DNA from: a candidate division WOR-3 bacterium
Lineage (GTDB): Bacteria; SDB-A
DNA: 64,000 nucleotides
Reading direction: 5' to 3'
NCBI GenBank assembly: GCA_016934535.1
Contig: JAFGSQ010000024.1
Span: 41,503-105,502 of the forward strand
In this document: in pieces, positions 29,261 to 38,399 of the stretch
Layout: each line of letters begins with the position of its first letter
How positions within the stretch are numbered: the stretch's first letter is position 1
The notes under the pieces: generated by a model
What the model saw: only the letters and a program-made list of their open reading frames with translations
Databases searched by the model: none
What the model was told of the DNA's origin: nothing
Position numbers and translations under genes: made by a program

Positions 29261-30313
29261 TTAATCTGTCTGCCAGAGTATCAAAATGTGCTTATGTTTT
29301 CCGGGATCTTCCCAAACCACCGGTTTGCCGTCTGCCCCGAAAGAAATCATGCAATATCTCGGAGGCAGGATGAAAACAGCCACATCGCCAGGATTTGACG
29401 TTCTGTTAGCGATCCAAGAAGTGTCGCTGTCGTCATCTTTATCAATGAAAGAAGGCTTGAAACTGTTCTCAGGGTATTCGTAATATGTATATTGCAAGTA
29501 GGGCTTCTCTACGTCAGCGCTGTCTCTCTGCGTCGGTCTTCTTTGTCCTCTGCGCGTCTCGAGTTCGGGTGGATTGGGCCATACATACTTTAACAATATT
29601 GTCCCGGTTATGTCGAAATTGCCCGGAATCTCAGGTTGATTTGACAGCACATAACTGGCCACAGTGTAATTGTAAAGCCATCCGGAGAACTGGTCTTCGG
29701 CTTCGGGAGGAATTGTGTCCATGTGAACGATCTTTTTGTCCGGGGTCATGGAAAACAGAAGAGAGGGGGTTTTGTCTCCGCTTTCCCAGGCGTCGTACCT
29801 TACTCTTCCTGAGGAAGGGTCAATTGAAACGACTGTAGAATCGTCGAGAAATCTGGGAACATTTGTTTCCAAACCCGCTCTTTCCCACATTGAAATTATT
29901 TCCTGAGGTGTTTCAATCACCCACATTCCTCCATCTGCCGTGTCCCACACAACAGGCAGAGGCAGTCTCTTTTCCACGCCGGAAGATTCCGCTTTATAAA
30001 GCATGATTTCGGAGGTTCCCTGATGGAAAGGATTCTGAATTCCACCGTTTATGTATTGGCTGAAATCATCGACGGATTCAGGCAGTTCGGAAGTATATAT
30101 CCAGCTTTTTTTCTCTTCGTCCCAAAACGAAACTGATTTAGCATACATGAAATGTTCGACAGCCTTCCTAACTGTGTACAGATTCGTTCTCGACTCACGG
30201 AATTTCATTTCCGCCCGGAGAGCTTTTTGCTGGGGAAATACGAGGACTAAAACGAGCATCACACCTAAAATTACGATGGCTAAATCAAGCAGCAACTTAT
30301 AAGCTTTTCCCAT
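29261..30313 (-). CDS. Hypothetical protein with pilin/pseudopilin-like N-terminus
   Basis: ATG 30313 behind GGAGG; N-terminal hydrophobic helix continuing into an amphipathic helix (ESRTNLYTVRKAVEHF) and LPESVDD..YI..NPF; no canonical prepilin cleavage motif. Confidence 0.6.
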   Translation of the reverse strand: MGKAYKLLLDLAIVILGVMLVLVLVFPQQKALRAEMKFRESRTNLYTVRKAVEHFMYAKSVSFWDEEKKSWIYTSELPESVDDFSQYINGGIQNPFHQGTSEIMLYKAESSGVEKRLPLPVVWDTADGGMWVIETPQEIISMWERAGLETNVPRFLDDSTVVSIDPSSGRVRYDAWESGDKTPSLLFSMTPDKKIVHMDTIPPEAEDQFSGWLYNYTVASYVLSNQPEIPGNFDITGTILLKYVWPNPPELETRRGQRRPTQRDSADVEKPYLQYTYYEYPENSFKPSFIDKDDDSDTSWIANRTSNPGDVAVFILPPRYCMISFGADGKPVVWEDPGKHKHILILWQTD

Positions 30314-30446
30314 TTTCCCTCCATTTCTCAGACCAAAACCAAGAGTTTGCACTAAGCGAACTGATATTTTTTAGCAGTTTTTACTGATTCAAAGAAAAGT
30401 ATAGCTCATTTATTCCCGAAAATCCATACAGCCCACCCCATATCTG

Positions 30447-32744
30447 TCATTCCGTGAAATTTATCGGAATAACCGTCTGCGATTCGACCGGGGTGCCGTC
30501 TTCCGTAGCCGGTTGAAATCTCGCGCCCATGGCGGCGTTTCTCGCCTCGGCGTCGGCAACCGGATTTCCCGAAGAACCGACCACTTCAGCTGAGATAACC
30601 GATCCGTCGGCTCCGATGTTCACCCTGACAAAAGCTCTCGTTATACCCATGCCCTGAACTGCCGCGGGCAAAGTCGCAACAGGAAGTCTGACCGGCGTGG
30701 GATTCGTTCTCACTATCTCTCTTGCCGGCTGAGTGTCAACCGGCGCCGTTACAGAAACCGTTGTATCCTCGACGTTTGTTTCAATAAGTGCTCCTGCGAC
30801 TGTCACGGTTGAAACCGTGTCTATAATTTCGGCGGTTTCCGTGGTGTCTTCCGGTTCGGGTGTTGTCGCCGTGTCAACGACGGCCTCTTCTCCAGCAGCT
30901 AAAGCTTCTTCCAGCGCTTCTCCGGCGGCCTCGAGTTCCAGAATCCCCGAGTCAATAACCGACAGATTTCCGGACGAACCCAACGAAGCCAAGGCTGAAG
31001 AGTCGGCAAGTGTAAGGGCTGTTGTAGAAGAAACGCCTCCGGAGTAATACATTTCCTGAATAGACAGCGCAGCAATTTTATCGCCGCTTTCAATACCTTT
31101 CAGGTTATTTTCCGCTACGTTCAATTCATAAGGCGCAAAAAGAAACGTGTAGGGCTGTTCGTCCAGTAATATTTTCTGAAATTTATCCCATGCTTTTTTC
31201 GCCTGTCTTCTGTCCAGTATCACTGTCGCTTCGCTCAGAAGAGAATCAACTTCCGGGGAAGAGAAAGAAGAGAAGTTGATAGACCCTCCGCTGCCAAAAG
31301 CTTCTTTGGGGTGTATGACTCCTTCGTCTACAAAAGCATAGTCGAGGATATATCCGCTATATCCGCCGAACCGCAGTTGCGATCTCAGATAATTCTGTGT
31401 GTAGCTGAGGTTTATGCCCGTTGTGACGTAAACCGAACAGACAAGTCCGACACTGCCGAGATCTTCGGCCACCCTTTCGAGAATTGTCTTTCCGGATTGG
31501 TCAAAAGCCATGAGTCTTATGACAAATATTTCTCCGCTGTATTTTCTGGCAAAAACAGAATCTGAAGGAACAATCCGGGTCTCGAATCTTCCAGGTCTCA
31601 CTTCGAATTCCTTTGCGGCGTAAGAAGTATATATCCATTGCCTCTCTTTAAGTCCTAGTGAATCAAGTATCGTGTTTGCCAACGCTTCGTCATAAGGCAC
31701 CGGATCCAAACTGGAATTAAGAGCCCAAAATTTTGTAGAAAGAGGAGTCGCCGGAACTCTGCCCTGCCCTCCCAGAAACTCGTCAATTATTTTTTCCCTG
31801 TCTATGGCGGCCGTTAAGGCATACCTGAAGCGGGGCAGATTGAAAGGTTCGGCGCTGGTCGACCATCCTATGGCATAATACCTTTTTCCCGTCTGGTCAA
31901 TTTGCAGAGACACTCCTTCGTAAGCGTTCAGCCTCGAAGCGTATGAAGGATAGACGTTCATGGCAAGGTTGATGTCGCCTCTTTCGAACGCTCTGACCAT
32001 TTCTCCCGAGGTCCTGAAAAAAAGGAAATCGATGGAATCGAAAGCAGGTCTTCCTCTGTAATAATCTTCGTAATACGCCAGGACTACACCTGAGCCGGCA
32101 GTTCTCTCTATCAACAGGAAAGGTCCGTTTGTCACAGTCGCATCAGGGTTCAACCCGAATTCTGTATTTTGAAAATCAGCCCAGGTCTTCACTCCTGAAA
32201 ACAGGTGTGAAGGAAGCGGATAAATATCGCTGTCTATGAGCTCGTTGGCGTAGGGCTGTTTGAAATTAACTTTTACGACATATTTGCCGAGGACTTCAAC
32301 GGACGAGATGTTTTCGAGAAATACCCTGTAGGGAGTTTCAATGTCTTTGTTGTCTTTAATAAAATCGTAGGTAAACTTGATGTCCAGGGCGGTGACTTCC
32401 TCTCCGTCCGACCATTTGATCCCTTTTCTTATGTAATAAACTATCGCGCCCAGGTCTTCAGAAAACTCCCATCTTTCGGCGAGAGCCGGTATGAGCTTTC
32501 CGTCAGGATTTCTCGTAATTAAAGGAAGGTAAAGCTGTTCGGACACCGGATTTCTGCCCGTGAACATAGGATGCAGGGGCTGATTTGGCCTCGGTATGTC
32601 ACTGCCGGTTAGTCCTATTTTCAATGTGCCGCCTTTGTCGCCCGTGAGGTTTTTCACGGGACTTTTTGTGCATCCAGCCGTCACAGTCACGGCTAACAAA
32701 ACAGCGCATAAAACCGGGAAACAAACTAATCGGAAGTTTTTCAT
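30447..32744 (-). CDS. Family-5 (OppA/DppA-like) solute-binding lipoprotein fused to a TonB C-terminal domain
   Basis: Lipobox TAGC; PALAERWEFS, IRKGIKWSDG, VTNGPF, AIDREKI and FQKILLDEQPY SBP5 motifs; acidic Thr/Ala linker; TonB_C motif VRVNIGADGSV..VVGSSG..ADAEA..A..ARFQPA..DG.PV. Confidence 0.85.
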   Translation of the reverse strand: MKNFRLVCFPVLCAVLLAVTVTAGCTKSPVKNLTGDKGGTLKIGLTGSDIPRPNQPLHPMFTGRNPVSEQLYLPLITRNPDGKLIPALAERWEFSEDLGAIVYYIRKGIKWSDGEEVTALDIKFTYDFIKDNKDIETPYRVFLENISSVEVLGKYVVKVNFKQPYANELIDSDIYPLPSHLFSGVKTWADFQNTEFGLNPDATVTNGPFLLIERTAGSGVVLAYYEDYYRGRPAFDSIDFLFFRTSGEMVRAFERGDINLAMNVYPSYASRLNAYEGVSLQIDQTGKRYYAIGWSTSAEPFNLPRFRYALTAAIDREKIIDEFLGGQGRVPATPLSTKFWALNSSLDPVPYDEALANTILDSLGLKERQWIYTSYAAKEFEVRPGRFETRIVPSDSVFARKYSGEIFVIRLMAFDQSGKTILERVAEDLGSVGLVCSVYVTTGINLSYTQNYLRSQLRFGGYSGYILDYAFVDEGVIHPKEAFGSGGSINFSSFSSPEVDSLLSEATVILDRRQAKKAWDKFQKILLDEQPYTFLFAPYELNVAENNLKGIESGDKIAALSIQEMYYSGGVSSTTALTLADSSALASLGSSGNLSVIDSGILELEAAGEALEEALAAGEEAVVDTATTPEPEDTTETAEIIDTVSTVTVAGALIETNVEDTTVSVTAPVDTQPAREIVRTNPTPVRLPVATLPAAVQGMGITRAFVRVNIGADGSVISAEVVGSSGNPVADAEARNAAMGARFQPATEDGTPVESQTVIPINFTE

Positions 32745-32762
32745 GCCTCCCCCTTGAAAGCG

Positions 32763-32975
32763 TTATGATTTTTTTTGTTTAGAACTATATTTTTTCATAA
32801 ATCTTTCAACTCTTCCTGCGGTATCAACAAACTTCTGTTTGCCTGTGAAATACGGATGACACGCCGAACAAATTTCAACGCCGAAAGAAGGTCTGGTTGA
32901 GAAAGTCTCTATTATGTTTCCGCATGCACATGTTATCGTACATTTCTGATATTTCGGATGAATCCCTTTTTTCAT
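32763..32975 (-). CDS. rpmE: 50S ribosomal protein L31 (zinc-binding type)
   Basis: [23 protein letters not shown] and DTAGRVERF. Confidence 0.97.
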   Translation of the reverse strand: MKKGIHPKYQKCTITCACGNIIETFSTRPSFGVEICSACHPYFTGKQKFVDTAGRVERFMKKYSSKQKKS

Positions 32976-33090
32976 CTCTCCTCCTGATCTTTATACCAAT
33001 TCCGATACATTATTTATTCCAAACAATTCAAAAATATTTGGCTCATTTCAAAGCTTATACCTTTTTTTTTGATAAATCAAACGGCAAAAA

Positions 33091-34563
33091 TCAGCCGTTC
33101 ATGGAACCCAGAAACTCGTCGTTGGTTTTTGTTTTTCTTATTTCTTTTATCAAAGTTTCCATCGCTTCAACGGGTGTCAGGTCGTTGAGGAACTTTCTGA
33201 TGACCCAGACTCTCTTGAGTTCTTTCTCGGAAAGCAGCAGTTCCTCTTTCCTGGTTCCCGATTTGTTAAGATCTACGGCGGGAAAAATCCTTTTGTCGGC
33301 TATTTTTCTGTCCAGGACTATTTCCATGTTACCCGTTCCCTTAAACTCTTCGAAAATCACTTCATCCATTCTGCTTCCGGTGTCTATCAACGCCGTGGCA
33401 AGAATCGTCAGGCTTCCTCCCTCCTCCACGTTTCTCGCGGCTCCGAAAAACCTTTTCGGTTTGTGCAGGGCCAGAGAATCTACTCCTCCGGAGAGAGTTT
33501 TCCCGGAATGGGGAATTACGGCGTTGTGAGCCCTTGCGAGCCTCGTTATTGAATCGAGGAGAATTACCACATCATGTTTCATCTCGACGAGTCTTCTCGC
33601 TTTTTCGAGGACTATATTGGCGACCTGAGTGTGATGTTCTGAAGGTTCGTCGAAAGTCGAACTTATCACTTCGGCATTGACCGACCTTTTCATGTCCGTA
33701 ACTTCTTCGGGTCTTTCATCAATAAGAAGGACGATGAGTATGCATTCTGGCTGATTGGCGAGTATGGAGTTTGCTATCTGCTGTAAAAATATTGTTTTTC
33801 CGGCTTTCGGAGGAGATACTATCAGTCCTCTCTGCCCTTTTCCGATAGGCGCGAGAAGGTCTATTATTCTCATGGAGACATTGTCTTCGGATTCATCATT
33901 CCTTTCGAGGACAAGTCTTTTTGTAGGGTACAAAGGAGTCAGATCGTCGAACATCGTTCTGTCGCGGGACACCGTGGGTTCTTTGAAATTAATGAGTTCG
34001 ACGGATACCAGGGCGTCATTCTTTTCGTTAGTTTTTGGAGGACGGGCATATCCGAGGACTGTGTCCCCGATTTTGAGGTTGTATTTGTCTATTATATTCC
34101 GCGTCACATAGACATCGTAGGGGCTGAGTGTATAATTGTATCTGGAAAACCTTATAAAACCGTACCCGTTAATTACGTCGAGTACGCCTTCGACTTTTCT
34201 AAGAGTGTCTTTAAGGATCATTCTCGGTTTTTCTTTCTGATACTCTACCGCGGGTTCTTCTTCCTGCGCCTGATATAAAGTTGGTTCAGTCACGGCATTT
34301 ATACTCACCTGTTCGCAATCTGCCGACGCAGTGTTGGACCCGCCGTTTTTTTGTTCTTGGGGATCTTTCTCCTGCGATATCTTAAGGGATTCGTTATTTT
34401 GCGGCGCTTGATCATCCGTCTCGCTTTCGGGCAGCGAATCCTGTGCTTTTTCTTCTGTCAAGACTGCGGTTTTCTTCGTAGTTCGGGGTCTTCTTTTTTT
34501 TACCTTAATTTCTTCCGCGGCTGCCGTTCCGGCGGTTTCTTGAGTGTTATCCGCTGTATTCAT
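33091..34563 (-). CDS. rho: Transcription termination factor Rho with a disordered N-terminal extension
   Basis: GYGFIR RNA-binding domain, [36 protein letters not shown] and SGTRKEELL. Confidence 0.97.
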   Translation of the reverse strand: MNTADNTQETAGTAAAEEIKVKKRRPRTTKKTAVLTEEKAQDSLPESETDDQAPQNNESLKISQEKDPQEQKNGGSNTASADCEQVSINAVTEPTLYQAQEEEPAVEYQKEKPRMILKDTLRKVEGVLDVINGYGFIRFSRYNYTLSPYDVYVTRNIIDKYNLKIGDTVLGYARPPKTNEKNDALVSVELINFKEPTVSRDRTMFDDLTPLYPTKRLVLERNDESEDNVSMRIIDLLAPIGKGQRGLIVSPPKAGKTIFLQQIANSILANQPECILIVLLIDERPEEVTDMKRSVNAEVISSTFDEPSEHHTQVANIVLEKARRLVEMKHDVVILLDSITRLARAHNAVIPHSGKTLSGGVDSLALHKPKRFFGAARNVEEGGSLTILATALIDTGSRMDEVIFEEFKGTGNMEIVLDRKIADKRIFPAVDLNKSGTRKEELLLSEKELKRVWVIRKFLNDLTPVEAMETLIKEIRKTKTNDEFLGSMNG

Positions 34564-34714
34564 AATTCTGCGTTGTCTCCTTTTTTTGTGAAAATTTCAA
34601 ATATTGAAAAAAAATCAGTTATAAGAAATAAAACTCGAGAACGGGATTTTCAAAGTTTTGATAATACATTTTTTATGATTATCATCCGCTTGTCAATAAA
34701 TATTTTTTTGGATG

Positions 34715-35470
34715 TTAATTTCCTTCGAGAATTTCAATTATTTTTGACGCCATGCCGTATATAGTTGAAAGTTCCGCAAAATAAGGCGAATCCCTGTCTA
34801 TGTCTCTTTGAAGGGATTCGGCATGTTTCTTTATGAAAGCGGCTTTTTCGGCGATTTCATTATCGCAGTCAATTTTACCCGGGCTGATTTTTTTTCCGTA
34901 TGCTTCTTCGCACGGCAAAAGAAAAGGGCTTTCTATTTTTTTCATGCTTTTTTGTTCACGGGAAAAATCCTCGGCGGACAGGTCCAGAAAACGAGCTGTT
35001 TCCTGGGCGTTCCCTTTTATTACAGCAGGAATCTCATCAGCCAAAACCACTACGTCGTATTCTGAAGCTCTTATTATCTCCCGTCTGTAGAGAAAAAGCA
35101 TTTTGTAGAAAAAGGACATCGTCTGCCACATTCCCTTGTTATCGTTGACATTATTAAGAAGTATCAACGCGTGCGGGATCAAAGGTTCATCACAAAGCAA
35201 ATAGAAATAAAACGGCGGATTTTCAAAGAAAAAAACCCCTTCGCACAGTTTTCTTGAAAGTTCCCTCAAAGAAGTGTTGGGTAAGAGCTTTCTGGGGACC
35301 GAGTCGGTGTTTGATTTGCACAGATAAAGGCTTCCGTTCAAGGTCATGAGATATATGCCGAATTTTTCTGAAGACGAATTAAGCAGAAACTCAGAAAAAT
35401 ATCCGTTCACCGCGAACGGTTTTTCGTTAATTTGGGCTGAGCTCTTCAAAGCGACATCAATGTAGTTCAA
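34715..35470 (-). CDS. Hypothetical protein, possible degenerate HisKA-like C-terminal hairpin
   Basis: 251-aa ORF with a TTG start and GGAAAGAG RBS; TTGACA-N18-TAATAT candidate promoter at 35529-35500. Confidence 0.6.
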   Translation of the reverse strand: MNYIDVALKSSAQINEKPFAVNGYFSEFLLNSSSEKFGIYLMTLNGSLYLCKSNTDSVPRKLLPNTSLRELSRKLCEGVFFFENPPFYFYLLCDEPLIPHALILLNNVNDNKGMWQTMSFFYKMLFLYRREIIRASEYDVVVLADEIPAVIKGNAQETARFLDLSAEDFSREQKSMKKIESPFLLPCEEAYGKKISPGKIDCDNEIAEKAAFIKKHAESLQRDIDRDSPYFAELSTIYGMASKIIEILEGN

Positions 35471-35562
35471 AATTCTCTTTCCTTAATTTGCATTTACTTA
35501 TATTATTTCCTAATGCGATAACGTGTCAAGACAGTACTTGTTTTTTTCAATAAGGAGGAAAT

Positions 35563-36081
35563 ATGAGCGATCTCGGCAACACAATAAGAAATGCCGGAGA
35601 CTGGCTGGCAAAACATATACCCGGATTCGCCGGCTACATAAAAAGAGAGGAACGAAGAGGAGCCGACAAATTGTACAGAGACTATCTCGCCTCTCAGCTC
35701 ATCCAAAGCCGCGCTCATTTGTCCAGGGCAACGGTAACTCTCACAGATTCTCAGGATTTCGCATCTTTGAAAACGTTGTCGAGAATAGACGCCAAACTGG
35801 AAACCAACACCGACAGGATAAGGCTCGCCGATTACGGTTATACCGGGTGGTTCGACCTCGTTCAGATAGACCAGGAACAGCTGGCCCAGCTCTATGAATA
35901 CGACGTCAATCTGGCGAGATTCGTCGATGATATTTCCGAATCCGCCAAAAAAATGGAAACTGCGGGCCCCGAAGAAGTATCGTCCATACTTGTGCAGTTG
36001 AACCTGTCCATTGACGCGCTCGAAGCTAAACTCAAAGAAAGAGACAATCTTTTCATAAACGGCATTAACAGAGGAGAATGA
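35563..36081 (+). CDS. Conserved-looking helical hypothetical protein
   Basis: AAGGAGG RBS; IPGFAGY..REERR.ADK..R and ADYGYTGWFD motifs; overlaps the SPFH gene start. Confidence 0.75.
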   Translation: MSDLGNTIRNAGDWLAKHIPGFAGYIKREERRGADKLYRDYLASQLIQSRAHLSRATVTLTDSQDFASLKTLSRIDAKLETNTDRIRLADYGYTGWFDLVQIDQEQLAQLYEYDVNLARFVDDISESAKKMETAGPEEVSSILVQLNLSIDALEAKLKERDNLFINGINRGE

Positions 36082-37211
36082 TAATGGCTCTAAAACTGAT
36101 GGACATAATCGAATACCACGACTCTACGGGTGAGATTATGGTACACAGGGTCCCTGAATCGGGATCCGCTGAAACAAAACTCGGCAGTCAGCTCATAGTC
36201 AGAGAAGACCAAAAAGCAGTCTTCTTCAGGGACGGACAAGCTCTGGACGTTTTCGGTCCCGGTAAGCACACGCTGACTGCGGCGAATCTTCCGGTACTGA
36301 CAAATTTTATAGGCAAGCTTTTCGACGGCAGAAGCCCATTCAGGACAGAAGTAGTATTTGTAAACACAAAAACATTCACTAATTCCAAGTGGGGGACTCC
36401 TGAACCTATTCCTTTCAGGGACAAAGAACTTAAATTCGTAAGGATAAGAGCTTTCGGGGCTTATTCGATGCGGATAATTGAATCTCAGCTTTTTGTCAAC
36501 AAAGTTGTCGGATCTCAGGGAAGATATTCCAGAGAGCAAATAGAAGATTTCCTGAGGAACATAATTATTGCGAGATTTGCCGATTTTCTGGGAGAAGTAG
36601 CTTCCAAAGGAGTTTCCATATTCGACCTTGCGAGCAACTATGATGAAGTTGCTATAGGAGCGAAATCAAGAGTACAGGGAGATTTTGAAAAATACGGCCT
36701 TGAACTGACTGATTTTCTCATTAACGCAATAAGCCTGCCTGAAGCCGTCCAGAAAATGATAGACGAAAGAGCTTCCGTGGAGGCGATGGGAGGCCTTGGA
36801 GGTTTCACACAGTATCAGGCGGCCAGCGCCATGAGAGACGCCGCAAAGAATGAAGGCGGAGGAGCTGGAACCGGAATGGGTATGGGAGCCGGCCTCGGCA
36901 TGGGAATGATGATGCCGGGTATGATAAGCCAGGCCATGCAGGGAAACATGCAATCTCAACAGACCAAACCCTGCCCTCACTGCAACGCGGCCATACCGGC
37001 CACAGCGGCTTTCTGTCCCAATTGCGGAAAACCGACTCAGACTACGAAGGCCTGCCCTCACTGCAGCAATCAGATTCCTGCCGATGCCAAATTCTGTCCT
37101 AATTGCGGCAAAGAAACGACTCCTCAAAAAGTCAACTGCCCTCATTGTAAAAAACCGATACAGGCGGGCGTTAAATTCTGTCCTGAATGCGGAAAACAGA
37201 TATCGGAATAA
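36078..37211 (+). CDS. SPFH (YdjI/virion-core-like) domain protein with Gly/Met-rich segment and three CxxC..CxxC zinc ribbons
   Basis: GSQLIVREDQKAVFFRDG, KWGTPEPI and RAFGAYS; GMGMGAGLGMG segment; CPHC..FCPNCG repeated three times. Confidence 0.85.
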   Translation: MIMALKLMDIIEYHDSTGEIMVHRVPESGSAETKLGSQLIVREDQKAVFFRDGQALDVFGPGKHTLTAANLPVLTNFIGKLFDGRSPFRTEVVFVNTKTFTNSKWGTPEPIPFRDKELKFVRIRAFGAYSMRIIESQLFVNKVVGSQGRYSREQIEDFLRNIIIARFADFLGEVASKGVSIFDLASNYDEVAIGAKSRVQGDFEKYGLELTDFLINAISLPEAVQKMIDERASVEAMGGLGGFTQYQAASAMRDAAKNEGGGAGTGMGMGAGLGMGMMMPGMISQAMQGNMQSQQTKPCPHCNAAIPATAAFCPNCGKPTQTTKACPHCSNQIPADAKFCPNCGKETTPQKVNCPHCKKPIQAGVKFCPECGKQISE

Positions 37212-37227
37212 TTTTAAAACAGGATAA

Positions 37228-37746
37228 ATGATGAGAAAAATAAAATTGCTGACGATAGCTATTGCGTTGTTTTTAGCTGCAGGACTCGATGCTTACTCGG
37301 TATCGCTTTCACCGGGGATATCGGTCCTGTCTTCAAAATATTTCGACAACGGAAGAGTTCTGACAGTAGGAACGGAAAGCGGGAAAAAATTCGCCGGTTT
37401 CTCTCCTTTTGCTGACTTTTCCCTGATTCAGGCCAGGGGCAGCAGCAGAGACGATCTGACTTTGAGCGTCTTTCTTCTCAAAACCGGTTTAAGAAGACGC
37501 CTTTTCAATGTCACACCGAGAAACGAGATTTCGTTTTCTTTATCTTACGGAACTTCCATGACTGAAATATCTACCGACAACACTTCAGAAAGTTCTTACA
37601 TATCCTGGATTTTTCCTTCCGCGAAAATGACTTTTGAACTTACACAATCTCTGGGTCTGACTGGAGATTTTTCTTACGGTTATTCATTAGACGAATCACA
37701 TTCTTCCATGATAATGCTCGGTTTGGGCATTGAGATAGTGAGGTAA
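37228..37746 (+). CDS. Small outer-membrane beta-barrel-like protein
   Basis: Signal peptide, alternating amphipathic strands and C-terminal LGLGIEI. Confidence 0.6.
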   Translation: MMRKIKLLTIAIALFLAAGLDAYSVSLSPGISVLSSKYFDNGRVLTVGTESGKKFAGFSPFADFSLIQARGSSRDDLTLSVFLLKTGLRRRLFNVTPRNEISFSLSYGTSMTEISTDNTSESSYISWIFPSAKMTFELTQSLGLTGDFSYGYSLDESHSSMIMLGLGIEIVR

Positions 37747-37749
37747 AAA

Positions 37750-38391
37750 GTGAAAAACTCGATAATCCTTATTTTGACAGTTCTGATATCGGGATGTTCG
37801 GGAGATTCCAACCTTTCGCGCATTTCAAACGAGTATTTTCCTCTTCCTGACACGGGAAGTTTTTGGACGTTTTCCGACACCCTTAACAATACAGCTTCGA
37901 TTTCCGTATCTTCAGTTAATTATCTGCATCAGGGCAGATATTGTTCGGTTTGGGATTTTAACGGCACATACTTTTACGTTTGGAAAGATGACGGAAGCGT
38001 CAAAACCTACAGAACTTTCACCAGAAATTTCGGAGGCTCATCCTATGTCGTTGAAAACCGCTGGGCGGATTTAATAAAACTGCCGCTCATAGACGGAGAC
38101 AGATGGTCTGAACGGTACACGAACAGCATCAATATTGCGGGTGTTCCATATGCAATAGAAATCACGACTGACGTATCGGTAACAAAGAAAGATGTTTTTA
38201 CCGTACCTTTGGGCTCCTTCTCTGATTGCTACCGAGTTGAGATAACAGAGAACGTAAAGGAGACTTCGTCTCTGATGGGGAATCAGAGTTCGACGACACG
38301 CATGTCTTACGTCCTGGCTCCTTCGAAAGGTATTGTCTTTTTTAAAGATTCCACGGGTGAATACTATCTGACGGCCATTGAACTCAATTAG
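37750..38391 (+). CDS. Hypothetical lipoprotein
   Basis: Lipobox LISGC; YFPL..GSFWTF, G+WS Y, VPLGSFSDC and LAPSKGIV beta-rich pattern. Confidence 0.7.
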   Translation: MKNSIILILTVLISGCSGDSNLSRISNEYFPLPDTGSFWTFSDTLNNTASISVSSVNYLHQGRYCSVWDFNGTYFYVWKDDGSVKTYRTFTRNFGGSSYVVENRWADLIKLPLIDGDRWSERYTNSINIAGVPYAIEITTDVSVTKKDVFTVPLGSFSDCYRVEITENVKETSSLMGNQSSTTRMSYVLAPSKGIVFFKDSTGEYYLTAIELN

Positions 38392-38399
38392 CTTATTCT

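Noticed and set aside
33080-33099. Intrinsic terminator after rho
   Set aside because: The 6-bp AACGGC/GCCGTT stem overlaps the stop codon and is followed by only a weak U tract; not enough support to call.
36960-37200. Tandem DNA repeat or CRISPR-like array
   Set aside because: The recurring TGCCCTCACTGC/TTCTGTCC units encode the three zinc ribbons, and the intervening sequence is coding. No CRISPR array or cas gene was seen anywhere in the window.
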